Shown here: positions 46,184-55,800 of the stretch, piece by piece
Position numbering within the stretch: position 1 is the first letter of the stretch
Layout of the letters: every line of letters begins with the position of its first letter
IMG/VR virus record: IMGVR_UViG_3300027970_000012
Coordinates: 1 to 64,000 of that record
DNA length: 64,000 nt
From: a virus
Strand: one strand, 5' to 3'
The notes under the pieces: model-generated
What the model was told of the DNA's origin: nothing
Databases searched by the model: none
Seen by the model: only the letters and a program-made list of their open reading frames with translations
Position numbers and translations under genes: made by a program

Positions 46184-47467
46184 TCACTTTTTTGAAACAC
46201 GCTCAAGAGCACTCATATAAACTCCCATTGTTCCACTTGGAATGGAATATGGAGTATATTCTGTAGAATCTTCTACAAGATAGTCCTGGCCATTTCTCTG
46301 AGTTCTAGTAGTTGTGGTGGGGAAATAAGATTCCTTGAGTGCAACTAGTTTCTCACGATATTCTTCTTCACTATCAAACTCAACACTTTCCACAAGAGAA
46401 GCAAGCTTATCTTTCTGAGAAAGCGCAAGGCCCTCAGAAATTTCACTAAAGATTACATCAGTTACTGATTCTGCTAGTCTTTTGTTGAGAGAAACATTTC
46501 TCTCTATTTGTTCGTTGAGTTTATTCTCCATCTCGTCAAGTTTATCAGTCATTGCCTCTAGCACATCATATCTATCTTCAGGAATTGTTACATAGTGATT
46601 TTCAAAAAGTTCCTTGAGGTTCACAAGGAAACTCTCGGTCATTTCGGCACGAAGTCCGTTTTCTATAGCTAGAGCATTTTCTTCAATCCATTCTTGAGCA
46701 ACATACTCAAGATATGAATCTACTCTTTCGGTTAAAGCCTCAGTGATAACTTCAATCTCTTCGGCTAGTTGTTCTTCATATTGAAGAATGACTGCTTCTT
46801 CAATTTGTTCTGTTCTGGAATTCAGAGCAGCTTCAAATACAGTCTTGGCTTTAAATCTAAATTCTTCGGAGAGTTCTTCGCCTGAAAGAAGAGCATCTAC
46901 ATCTTCTTCAATCTGAGATTCAATTTCTTCAATCTGTTCTTGAACTTCTTCTTTCTTTTTATCAGACTTCTTGGACTTCTTAAACTCTTTAGGAGTTTCT
47001 TCATCCTCGTCATCTTCTTCATCGTCATCGGACTTAGAGGATTCGTCATCTTCTTCATCGTCATCATCAGACTTGGAAGATTCTTCTAATCTAGGCTCAT
47101 CTTCGTCATCTTCTAAATCAGATTCGTAATATTCATCATCTTCTAAATCTTCTTCATCTAAGTCTTCCTTTACAGCACCCTTAGGTAAGGACTTCATTGA
47201 GTCTGCTTTACCAGCTCCACGATTTACAACATCTCTAACTTGAGCTAGAACTGCCGATGCATCTTTCAGCTTGGCGCTATCATTATCAGGCTTGTAATTA
47301 TCAGGTGTTGGACCACCTAGGTCTTCCCAACTGGCCGTCTGACCATCGGGAATATTTTTGGTAAGTTTAGGAAGTGGTTCTGCAGGTTTTGCTCCAGAGT
47401 TCACAACATTTTTTACGTGCTTTGTGCCTACTTCCATTTCTTGTAGATTTTTTCTTCCACGAGGCAT
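46184..47467 (-). CDS. g22: Prohead core scaffold gp22
   Basis: DLGGPTP, LSEEFRFKAKTVFEAA, YVAQEW; TATAAATA at 47507-47514. Confidence 0.93.
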   Translation of the reverse strand: MPRGRKNLQEMEVGTKHVKNVVNSGAKPAEPLPKLTKNIPDGQTASWEDLGGPTPDNYKPDNDSAKLKDASAVLAQVRDVVNRGAGKADSMKSLPKGAVKEDLDEEDLEDDEYYESDLEDDEDEPRLEESSKSDDDDEEDDESSKSDDDEEDDEDEETPKEFKKSKKSDKKKEEVQEQIEEIESQIEEDVDALLSGEELSEEFRFKAKTVFEAALNSRTEQIEEAVILQYEEQLAEEIEVITEALTERVDSYLEYVAQEWIEENALAIENGLRAEMTESFLVNLKELFENHYVTIPEDRYDVLEAMTDKLDEMENKLNEQIERNVSLNKRLAESVTDVIFSEISEGLALSQKDKLASLVESVEFDSEEEYREKLVALKESYFPTTTTRTQRNGQDYLVEDSTEYTPYSIPSGTMGVYMSALERVSKK

Positions 47468-47532
47468 TTTGATTCTCCGAAAAACTTAAATTTGTATTTC
47501 TGTATATATTTATATTTTTTAGTTTTTGTGCT

Positions 47533-48012
47533 TTATTTTGGTTCTCTTAAACCTTTTGGACCTTTTTCATAATACTTATCTCTATGGACATTATTTTTAG
47601 CCTCGAATTTAGGTCTATCAATATATTTAATTGACACCCATCTTGGGGGTCTTCCTGCTCTTGAAGTTCTCCTTAGTCCATCAGACTTTCTACCGTGCTT
47701 AGATTCACTGGGCATTCTTGGCTCTTGACTAAAATAAAAATTGTGTCTACCAAGAGCATAATCTCTTTCGTCTTTATGTTCTATATTCTTATTCCTTTTA
47801 GAGTTCTTTTCTTGACTGTGAGCTAAATGTAGTTTCCCATATCTTTCTAAATCTCTATGACTTGGAGTGGAATTAGGATTCTCTATTTCCAATGAAATTC
47901 TTTTGGCTCTATTCTTTTCTCTAGGAGTCCAGCCACTCGCTAATCTACTGTTCCAGGGAACCTTCTTTTCAAGTAGGATACATTCTTCAATAAACTGAAA
48001 ATAGGTTTTCAG
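47533..48012 (-). CDS. CTS-bearing putative internal protein with CTG start
   Basis: Frame extends upstream of the called TTG (47892) to CTG AAA ACC TAT: (M)KTYFQFIEECILLEKK...SGWTPREK; late promoter 48028-48034. Confidence 0.6.
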   Translation of the reverse strand: MKTYFQFIEECILLEKKVPWNSRLASGWTPREKNRAKRISLEIENPNSTPSHRDLERYGKLHLAHSQEKNSKRNKNIEHKDERDYALGRHNFYFSQEPRMPSESKHGRKSDGLRRTSRAGRPPRWVSIKYIDRPKFEAKNNVHRDKYYEKGPKGLREPK

Positions 48013-48030
48013 TTTAGTCTTTTTATATAT

Positions 48031-48351
48031 TTATGAGAATTCACCCAATGCTCTCTGTTTTCTCAACTTTTTAGAATTTTTAGTTGGTGTTGGAGGATTA
48101 GTTTTTCTTTCTTCTGGACTTAATCTATATGTTGGTTCTCAGAATTTATCTTTTCTATCTCTACTACGCTGCAAATTATCAGATTCCTTATTTGGTTCCA
48201 ATCTAGCTCTAGACTTTTGAAGTAAATTATGATATGCCCACCACTTTTCGGATCTTTTTTCTACTGAACCACCTCTTAAAATATCAACAGCTCTATCTAC
48301 AATTCTTTGAGTAGTGGAGCTTTCAAGCATAAATTGTTTGAAAGTTTTCGT
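48031..48351 (-). pseudogene. CTS-bearing ORF with ACG start and internal TGA
   Basis: ACG AAA ACT TTC AAA CAA TTT ATG CTT GAA = (M)KTFKQFMLE; TGA at 48139-48141 followed in frame by EPTYRL...KKLRKQRALGEFS*. Confidence 0.55.
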
Positions 48352-48354
48352 GAC

Positions 48355-49008
48355 TCAGATTAAACGAAGATAGTTTTCAAAGTGTTCTAGTTTTCTTTCT
48401 TCGGTAAGTCTTCTACCAATCACATCTCTTTCAATCACTTGCTTGATGTTCTGTGCAATCCATTCTTGCTTTTTGCTATCATACAACCAACTTACTCCTT
48501 CATATATCCCCTCTACAAATGCAGATGGTGCAGATGGGTCGTGAACAATATCCGCAGCAGTAGAAAGCATAAAGTCTTCACTTACTCTATTGAAACCCTC
48601 ATTTGTAGGAACTAAAGAACCAACTCCACGAGAAGAAACTCCAAGTTTGACTCCTTCTTCATAAAGTCCAGCAGCAATCTTACCTAAAGGTAATGTAGTT
48701 AAAATCTTAGCTTTTCCAATAAAATTATTTCCATTTTCCTTCAATGAAATAATCTTATGTGAAACTCTATCTAAGTTGATGGTGGGAGTTGGTGAGTGCC
48801 CAAGTTCTCCAACAGCTCTACCTTTACTCAAATAATTCTCAACATAAGTATTTACTCCTCTTCTCAGAGTGTTCATTGGATAGATTCTTTTGTTTCTATT
48901 GCAGACATCTCCCTGAAGAAATACTCCTTCAATATAAAGATTCTTCTTACCGTTAACCTCCTCAACGATAACTTTTACATTTTCAGCTTCTTCTGTGATG
49001 AGTTTCAT
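48355..49008 (-). CDS. g21: Prohead protease gp21
   Basis: MKLITE, NRNKRIYP, GELGHS, GVSSRGVGS, DIVHDPSAP. Confidence 0.96.
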   Translation of the reverse strand: MKLITEEAENVKVIVEEVNGKKNLYIEGVFLQGDVCNRNKRIYPMNTLRRGVNTYVENYLSKGRAVGELGHSPTPTINLDRVSHKIISLKENGNNFIGKAKILTTLPLGKIAAGLYEEGVKLGVSSRGVGSLVPTNEGFNRVSEDFMLSTAADIVHDPSAPSAFVEGIYEGVSWLYDSKKQEWIAQNIKQVIERDVIGRRLTEERKLEHFENYLRLI

Positions 49009-49010
49009 TT

Positions 49011-49571
49011 TTATGAATACGAGTTTACTTGAATTTCTGTGATATGAATCCGACTGGCTCCAGACCCAGCATTATATGCAGCTACACGAGTAACTTTCCT
49101 CAATTCACCATTAGGAGTAGTAATGATACCTACAAAAGCGGAGGTATTCCAATTCAATGTAAGTCTTGTATTCATAAAACTATCATAAGACATTCTCTCA
49201 TCTACTGTTGCAACAGTAGCAAATGTAGTGTTTAGTCCAGCAGGAGAAGCACCAGTAAGAGCAACAGAGTCACCAACATTAAATCCATTTCCAGTTCCTT
49301 CTGGAAAAATTACAGTTGTAGTTGCTCCAGTAAGAATTCCCACAAAATTCTTAGAACCCCACTCTTGCTTTAGAACAACATCTGTTCCACCAGGAACCCA
49401 CAAACTGGTTGTTGAGTTAACTCCTGGATTTGCTCCTACTTCAATGTATGTGTGTTGAGTAGGTGCAATTCTCAAATATCCAGTTTTCATTGCAATAGGA
49501 ACAGAAGTAGACACTCCATCCACAGTGGGAACATCTACAGCCGTAACATTTTGAACTATTTTAAACGCCAT
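49011..49571 (-). CDS. Conserved structural hypothetical protein
   Basis: Beta-rich, ends ITEIQV; between g20 and g21; late promoter 49594-49600. Confidence 0.65.
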   Translation of the reverse strand: MAFKIVQNVTAVDVPTVDGVSTSVPIAMKTGYLRIAPTQHTYIEVGANPGVNSTTSLWVPGGTDVVLKQEWGSKNFVGILTGATTTVIFPEGTGNGFNVGDSVALTGASPAGLNTTFATVATVDERMSYDSFMNTRLTLNWNTSAFVGIITTPNGELRKVTRVAAYNAGSGASRIHITEIQVNSYS

Positions 49572-49611
49572 TATAATATAACACTATATGAGTTATTTAT
49601 GAAAGTTCTAA

Positions 49612-49773
49612 TCACTCAGAATCTTCGTCATCTGAGCTAAATACTGAATTTGCAACATAAGGTTGTAGTTCAGAAATTGTATTTGCAGCTTTGGTATAAA
49701 GAATTTCCTTAATTTTATCACTAATATCTGATGGATTTCCATCAGTTGCAATCATCGTTACTAGGTCTTCCAT
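49612..49773 (-). CDS. Small acidic protein at the gp67 position (not in ORF track)
   Basis: MEDLVTMIATDGNPSDISDKIKEILYTKAANTISELQPYVANSVFSSDDEDSE*. Confidence 0.7.
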   Translation of the reverse strand: MEDLVTMIATDGNPSDISDKIKEILYTKAANTISELQPYVANSVFSSDDEDSE

Positions 49774-49800
49774 AATTTTTAAATATTGTTTCAGTATTAT

Positions 49801-51468
49801 TTAGATTTCTCCAGGTTCTATGTTTGCAGTAGATACTCCAGGCTCTTTTACTGGCTTACCTAAAGTATCTACATTTCCAGGAGGAGCACCTTCTGGAGGA
49901 ACATCCATTTGTTGAGCCAGCATATCTGCGGGATTCATAATGAGCCCAGCTTCAATTTCATCTTTAATCTGCTTATCAATTTGAACAACTTCGTCATCAG
50001 TTTGCTGTAGAATATTTTGTCTAATATATTTAATTGAAAAATACTTACCTAGATATGGGTCCATTGCAGCAACAACACCCAATTTATCATTCATAATTTC
50101 ATTCTTCTTCAATTCAGAAAAATGATTATCATAAAGATAGTCAAATTGTATATGGTCAGATAACGATGACCAATCTTCTGTACTTACGACATTCTTAAGA
50201 ATAAGTTGAGTTTTCAGCATATCTAAGAACATATATGAAAATCTCTTACGCAATCTTCCTACAAATCGTGTAAATTTTAATTCATCTCGTAGAATTTCAG
50301 AAGACCTACCTAAGTTGAATCCACCACCCGCATCTAATCTTGTGGACGGAACTCCTAGAGACTTATAAAGTTTCTTTTGAAAATATTCAATGTCCGCAAG
50401 TTCTCCAAGATTCTGTCCACCAGGAAGAGTACCTACTTCTGTTCCTCTACCACCTTCTCTTCGGGGAAGCCAATAATCTTCCATCATCGCCATATATTTC
50501 TTGTCGTCTTTAATTTCTCCAGTATCTGCATTATAGACCAATCTATTGCGATATCTGTTCATTACATCTCGCATATATTGTTCTGCCTTTATCTTAGGTA
50601 GATTTCCAACGTCAATATAGAAAAGTCTCTTTTCACTCGCACGAGAAAGACGATAGATTACAATGCTATCCTCAATCATTCTTAGTTGATTTAGAGATTT
50701 AATTGCCTTATGAAGATAGGATAGGACTGTCTGCTTATTTCTATCCACAAGCCCAGAAGTTACCGAAACTACGCTATCATTGGTCAATTTGATTGAATTC
50801 TTTTCGGAAGTGAAGCTTGTCCGAATTGCAGAATTACCTAGAGACGATGAGTTTGCATTGGGGTCGTACTGATAAAATTCCTCAATCTCTGGATTCAGAA
50901 TTGCACTATTGAGGTCTTCTTGAGTAATGCGAATATTTTGTGACTTCTCTTTTTTTATTCTTCTGATGTACTTAATTTTAAGTGGGTCTATGTATCGCAG
51001 CTCTTTAATTCCCTCGGACGGGGCAGCTAAGTCAATCACTTTATGATAATATAGTTTTCCATCTACATACCAATTTCGGAAGATTTCATGAGCCTTCTTA
51101 TCAAAGTCCATAATTTCTTTGATATATTTAAATTCCTGACGAATTCTATCCTTCAGTTTATCCGTAGCAGGAAGATTTGTTAAGTCAATTTGAACAGGAC
51201 TATCATTTAAATCTGATACAATAGCCTCATTTACAATGTCTTCTATTGCACTGTCGCATTCTGGATGAAGCGACATTTCTCTATATCTTTGTATTAAATC
51301 TGCTTCTGTTTTATATACGCCATCAATGTCTACATACTGTCCGTGAAATCCACTACCTACAAAATAATCAGATTGGTCCTCATTATTCTTTGGAACTGGA
51401 GATAATATCTTACTCTTTTTATTATTATCTCCAGATGAATCAATCTGAAATCCAAATAATTTAGCCAT
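49801..51468 (-). CDS. g20: Portal protein gp20
   Basis: FRNWYVDG, YLHKAIK, FYIDVGNLPK, EDYWLPRREGGRGTE. Confidence 0.98.
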   Translation of the reverse strand: MAKLFGFQIDSSGDNNKKSKILSPVPKNNEDQSDYFVGSGFHGQYVDIDGVYKTEADLIQRYREMSLHPECDSAIEDIVNEAIVSDLNDSPVQIDLTNLPATDKLKDRIRQEFKYIKEIMDFDKKAHEIFRNWYVDGKLYYHKVIDLAAPSEGIKELRYIDPLKIKYIRRIKKEKSQNIRITQEDLNSAILNPEIEEFYQYDPNANSSSLGNSAIRTSFTSEKNSIKLTNDSVVSVTSGLVDRNKQTVLSYLHKAIKSLNQLRMIEDSIVIYRLSRASEKRLFYIDVGNLPKIKAEQYMRDVMNRYRNRLVYNADTGEIKDDKKYMAMMEDYWLPRREGGRGTEVGTLPGGQNLGELADIEYFQKKLYKSLGVPSTRLDAGGGFNLGRSSEILRDELKFTRFVGRLRKRFSYMFLDMLKTQLILKNVVSTEDWSSLSDHIQFDYLYDNHFSELKKNEIMNDKLGVVAAMDPYLGKYFSIKYIRQNILQQTDDEVVQIDKQIKDEIEAGLIMNPADMLAQQMDVPPEGAPPGNVDTLGKPVKEPGVSTANIEPGEI

Positions 51469-51496
51469 TCACAAACTCAAAGTTAACTCAGTTTAT

Positions 51497-52147
51497 TTAG
51501 GTAGTTTCCGAAGTTCCCAGCATACTTGTAGAAGAATTCTCTTCAAATGTATCCCACCACTGATATTGTAGAGTTACTTGGAATTCTTGAATCTGGTCTG
51601 TGCTATCATAAGATAAGTCAATAGGACTAATATCAGATGGGAAGCAACCATAGAATTTATAGGTCTTCAATACAGGCATATTTGCCGAAGTTGAAGGTAG
51701 AGATGCACCAGTTGCACCACCCTGATTTACAACTCCTCTTCCAAGTTGATACACCAACATTTCTCTTTGATATGCAGCAGGAGTAATAACGCCAGCATTA
51801 TCGTCGTGACGATTCATGAAGTTGCTCCACTTCTCAAATGCATTACGAATCTTGAAATTGGTATCGTTAATAACTGTAATAGTCCAAGGTTCAAAGGTTC
51901 TATCTCCAGCAACTTTCAGAGTTCTTCCACGAAATGGAACTCCGATTGAAGAAATGGTAGAACCAGGAATTTGTGAACCCTTAACCATAATTCTAAAATC
52001 TAGGTCAGGTGTAATACCAATTTCTGGGAAATTGAGTACACATTCAAACAGATTCGCTCTTGCTCCACCACCAACTAACCTAGCTTTAAAGTCGTTGATA
52101 GTTCTCTCTGAGTACTGGGGTAAATTTGATGTTGCTTCGTTAGCCAT
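51497..52147 (-). CDS. g19: Tail tube protein gp19
   Basis: GGARANLF, VPFRGR, AGDRTFEPWTIT. Confidence 0.96.
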   Translation of the reverse strand: MANEATSNLPQYSERTINDFKARLVGGGARANLFECVLNFPEIGITPDLDFRIMVKGSQIPGSTISSIGVPFRGRTLKVAGDRTFEPWTITVINDTNFKIRNAFEKWSNFMNRHDDNAGVITPAAYQREMLVYQLGRGVVNQGGATGASLPSTSANMPVLKTYKFYGCFPSDISPIDLSYDSTDQIQEFQVTLQYQWWDTFEENSSTSMLGTSETT

Positions 52148-52166
52148 TGGTTATTCCTCTAGTAAA

Positions 52167-54317
52167 TTAAACGCTTCCTACAACTTCGGAGAATGAAACT
52201 CCTGTTTTTGTAGCCACAAAAGTCAGTCCTACAAAATTGATAGACCTGTTTGGTTTGATATAAATATCAGCCTTGAATTCATTTGCATCAATCACATCAG
52301 GAGTGTTGTTTGACTCATCACATACCAATATAAATTCTGAAATTCCACGTTTTGCTCTTACATCTCTTAGATAAGGCTCAACAATATTAATGAAGTTAGT
52401 TCTTGTGATAGAATCGTTAAATTCAAATAACTGGGCTCTGGCAGCCTGCTCAATAGATTGTTCTAAAGTTAAGAATAACATTCTCACGTTGATTCTATCA
52501 AAGGCTGATGGGTATGCTAGACCTGTCTTATCTCCAAAAAGAATATATCCAGAACCTGCAGAAGAGATGATAGGATTGATTCTGTTTGAATATAGTGAAT
52601 CTCTTTGAGTTTTTGTTGGATTGTAAGCTAGTTTGATGATATTGTTGATAGTTCCTCTGGTGCTTCCAGCAGGAGAATACCAAGGATAGCTGTTTATAGA
52701 AGTTCTTACAATTGCTCCTGCAACATCAGAATTACAAGGAATATATACAAACTTGCTATTGAAACGGTCTAGAGTATACTTATATCCACTATCAAAGATT
52801 ACATAAGAAGAAGATTTGATAGGAGAGAAGAACTGTAGAATGGCGTTTGTTTGAGTAGTACTATTATTACTTCCCACTACACTAGACTTGTATGGAGAAA
52901 CAACAGCAATACAGTCTTTTCTAGACTCTGCAATGTTGATAAGTTCATTTGCCTTTGCTTGAGCATCATAAATTGTTGGTCCACCAGATGGTCCACCCAA
53001 AATAAAGTTAATAGAACTTGCTTCTACATTTAGAAAGAGTCTATATGACGTAATAATATCTTGTGTACTGACTGAGTATCCACCAAGGAAATTCACTCCG
53101 CTATAATCTGTTCCTCCAACTAAGTTATAAAGTCGTGAGCCGATTACGTTGTAGGATTTATCTTGAACCGCAGTTCCCCAAGGACTTGAAGTTAGACTAT
53201 AAGTATTTCCACTCAGTTGAGTGATATCTGAAACTCTTCCTGCTTCTGGGAATCCAACAAAGACATAGTTTGAATTCTGATTTACAAATTCTTTATAGTA
53301 GATGGGTTGAGATGGTGAAATTCGGGCATCAATACCTTTGGATAGTCCAGTGAATTTTTCAAGAACGTTTCCAGATACTCCACTAATTACACCAGTATCA
53401 TCTACAACTACAACGTGAACCTCATCACTCTTTGCATTTCTTTCTAGAGCATATTGAGAAGTTCCAGGCTTTGGTGCAATGGATTTCCAATAGATAATTC
53501 CATTCTTGAGTGATATAACTTGATTATCATACCAGTCTTGAATAGCTCCAGAACTTACAGTGGTGACTACAGTTCCTGCAGTTCCAGTAACAGTCAGTGC
53601 AGTAGTGGTGGGTGCAACTAAAGAGGATACCACAGAGCTGTAGTTGTAGTTAATATCAACTTCTTGACCAGCACTTGGAACTCTGCTGATAACTTTAATA
53701 TCAAAGGAACTATTACCAATACCCGTAATTAGTCCTCTGACGTAGCCAGTGAATGTGCCCACAGTACCATCAGCTTGTAGGTATTGTGTAGCAGTTTTGG
53801 TTTGTGTGACCGCAAGACCTACCTGAATACCACTTGTGGAAATTCCAGTTACAGTTTGGTCTGCTGCAGCATCAATTACACAAACTTTCAGGTCATTTGC
53901 CCAGGAACCAGGATTTCTTGCAGAAAATACCCAATCCACATCATTGATACGATTGCTTTGATAATCTTCGTATGAAGTGATTTTTAACGAAATGGAAGTA
54001 TTTGCAATTGTAACATTAGAGTTAATCAGTGCAGAAGGATTTCCAGTAACATCGCTTCTTACAACATTCAGTGCTCCACCATAAGATAGGTAGTTAGATG
54101 CAGACAACCAGTATTCATATTGGTCTTCTGATGTTTGTGGTTTTCCAAAAATATCTAATAATTCTTGTTCTGACTGAATGATGGTTGGAACATTTACTGG
54201 ACCCTTCTGAAATGGACCGACAATGGCTCCAACATTCTGTCTACTTGAAACAATATTTCCTCGTGTTAAATCAACCTCTCTTATATTCACACCAGGAGAT
54301 ACCAAATTGATAGCCAT
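52167..54317 (-). CDS. g18: Tail sheath protein gp18
   Basis: SPGVNIREVD, WYSPAG, FDRINVR, YIKPNRSINF; likely start MAINL at 54317. Confidence 0.97.
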   Translation of the reverse strand: MAINLVSPGVNIREVDLTRGNIVSSRQNVGAIVGPFQKGPVNVPTIIQSEQELLDIFGKPQTSEDQYEYWLSASNYLSYGGALNVVRSDVTGNPSALINSNVTIANTSISLKITSYEDYQSNRINDVDWVFSARNPGSWANDLKVCVIDAAADQTVTGISTSGIQVGLAVTQTKTATQYLQADGTVGTFTGYVRGLITGIGNSSFDIKVISRVPSAGQEVDINYNYSSVVSSLVAPTTTALTVTGTAGTVVTTVSSGAIQDWYDNQVISLKNGIIYWKSIAPKPGTSQYALERNAKSDEVHVVVVDDTGVISGVSGNVLEKFTGLSKGIDARISPSQPIYYKEFVNQNSNYVFVGFPEAGRVSDITQLSGNTYSLTSSPWGTAVQDKSYNVIGSRLYNLVGGTDYSGVNFLGGYSVSTQDIITSYRLFLNVEASSINFILGGPSGGPTIYDAQAKANELINIAESRKDCIAVVSPYKSSVVGSNNSTTQTNAILQFFSPIKSSSYVIFDSGYKYTLDRFNSKFVYIPCNSDVAGAIVRTSINSYPWYSPAGSTRGTINNIIKLAYNPTKTQRDSLYSNRINPIISSAGSGYILFGDKTGLAYPSAFDRINVRMLFLTLEQSIEQAARAQLFEFNDSITRTNFINIVEPYLRDVRAKRGISEFILVCDESNNTPDVIDANEFKADIYIKPNRSINFVGLTFVATKTGVSFSEVVGSV

Positions 54318-54407
54318 ATGTTTTCCTCTGAACCAAAGTCTCATTTCCTAGTAGTATTTAGGAAAATTGATTTTTATCAGACCAGTTGTGTTAAATTATA
54401 CAAAAAT

Positions 54408-55655
54408 TTATCCCATATAAAATTCGGACGAAACATCTCCATACTCATCTAAATTCCATACTTCCATCGGCATATTTTCTGTATTCGCCATCATCCAAAC
54501 ATCTCCAGTTTCTTTTTCAACTGTAATTTCATCATCATTCTCTAATCCAGTATTAATAAATCCAAATGGAGCCATATCTTGTTCAATCTGCTCCTTCTGT
54601 TCAAGATACATTCTCTTACGAATGTCATTGTTGGTAATTTCTTTGAAGTATTCCTGAACAACTAACCAAGAGAAAATTACGATACACATACAAAGGTCAT
54701 CATTCGTTCCAATTTCAGCTTGATATGAATTATTTTTGGATATGAATGTAGTTAACTCACTAATAATATCAAAGTCTTCAATGATAAGTTTATTGTCCTC
54801 AATGATGGTTTTCATATTAGAACAACCCACTCTCTTTACTTGCTTGGACATTTTGATTCCTAACTGTGAGGTCTTACCCGAAAATCCTTGTCCAACTAAT
54901 TGTCCAGCTCTACCTCTCATAGAACACATTAGAAGATTTTCATACTCAAGTTCATATTGTAAGTCTTTGGCTACTTGGTCTCCTACACTTGCGATTTCAA
55001 TGAGAACATAAGCTTTGTTATATGAATTTGCTACCTTATAAATGATATCTGGAAGAAGTAGTGGCTTAAGTTCATTATTTTTATACTTTGCAACAATCTT
55101 GTATGGAATATTTGTGATGTCGTATATGATGAATGCGTGATAATCCTTACCCGTTCCTTCTGAAACGTCCACAGTCATAATGTAATTGTGTTCCTCTATA
55201 GGAGGTTCATACACATCAAGTCCTTCAGACCGAGTAATTGGGTCGTTGTATATTAGGTTTTGTAGTTTTGATGAGGTAATGAGCGTATCAACAGAACCTA
55301 GGAAACTACAGTTGTGTGATACTATATTGTTAGAATAATAAAGATGGTCTTCTCCAGAGTTGACAATATCAAATAATTCTACTTCTTTCTTAATGGTTCG
55401 GTATGATTTGAGAAATGTTCCACCATTCTTGGTAAAAACTTCTGTTGTCTTATTTAAATTCTTAGCTTTGACAATACCATCTATTGTAGAGAGTGGATGG
55501 TCCAAAGAGCACTTGAGTTCATTTCCGTCTTCAAATATTAAATGAATATATTTGTTCTTCTTAATCTTATTGACGCCCAGAAAAGATTGAAATCCATTTG
55601 GAGTTGAGATTTTAATCTTTTTATGATTTAATACTATGGTTTCTGGAAGCTTCAT
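54408..55655 (-). CDS. g17: Terminase large subunit C fragment (nuclease) fused to split-intein C part (55311..55655, 115 aa)
   Basis: MKLPET...STPNGF...CSLDHPL...LFDIVN...YYSNNIVSHN|CSFLGSVDTLI; VDVSEG and NDDLCM nuclease motifs. Confidence 0.95.
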   Translation of the reverse strand: MKLPETIVLNHKKIKISTPNGFQSFLGVNKIKKNKYIHLIFEDGNELKCSLDHPLSTIDGIVKAKNLNKTTEVFTKNGGTFLKSYRTIKKEVELFDIVNSGEDHLYYSNNIVSHNCSFLGSVDTLITSSKLQNLIYNDPITRSEGLDVYEPPIEEHNYIMTVDVSEGTGKDYHAFIIYDITNIPYKIVAKYKNNELKPLLLPDIIYKVANSYNKAYVLIEIASVGDQVAKDLQYELEYENLLMCSMRGRAGQLVGQGFSGKTSQLGIKMSKQVKRVGCSNMKTIIEDNKLIIEDFDIISELTTFISKNNSYQAEIGTNDDLCMCIVIFSWLVVQEYFKEITNNDIRKRMYLEQKEQIEQDMAPFGFINTGLENDDEITVEKETGDVWMMANTENMPMEVWNLDEYGDVSSEFYMG

Positions 55656-55680
55656 TCAGTTAGGAACTTTATACATCTAT

Positions 55681-55800
55681 TTAATGTTTCTTGTTTATAT
55701 GAGTTCTGGTCTTAAATCCATATTTTTCTGCTATTTGTTGATGAGTCATATTTAGATTATGATAATCAAATTCAATCTGTTCCTTGGTTGGATAGTTCAT
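55681..55800 (-). pseudogene. Internally deleted homing endonuclease relic between the g17 halves
   Basis: MNYPTKEQIEFDYHNLNMTHQQIAEKYGFKTR HTH start; another frame ends KQETLNRCIKFLTE* overlapping ATG 55655. Confidence 0.65.

Noticed and set aside
47000-47170. Repeated tcatc/tcttc units as a CRISPR-like or regulatory array
   Set aside because: They encode the Asp/Glu-rich linker of gp22, including a short ESSKSDDD duplication; no repeat-spacer structure.
31542-48357. Genome-wide stop-codon reassignment suggested by in-frame TGA codons at 31542, 48139 and 48355
   Set aside because: TGA, TAG and TAA all end conserved core genes at expected lengths, often as ATGA overlaps; no suppressor tRNA seen; interruptions are confined to accessory ORFs.
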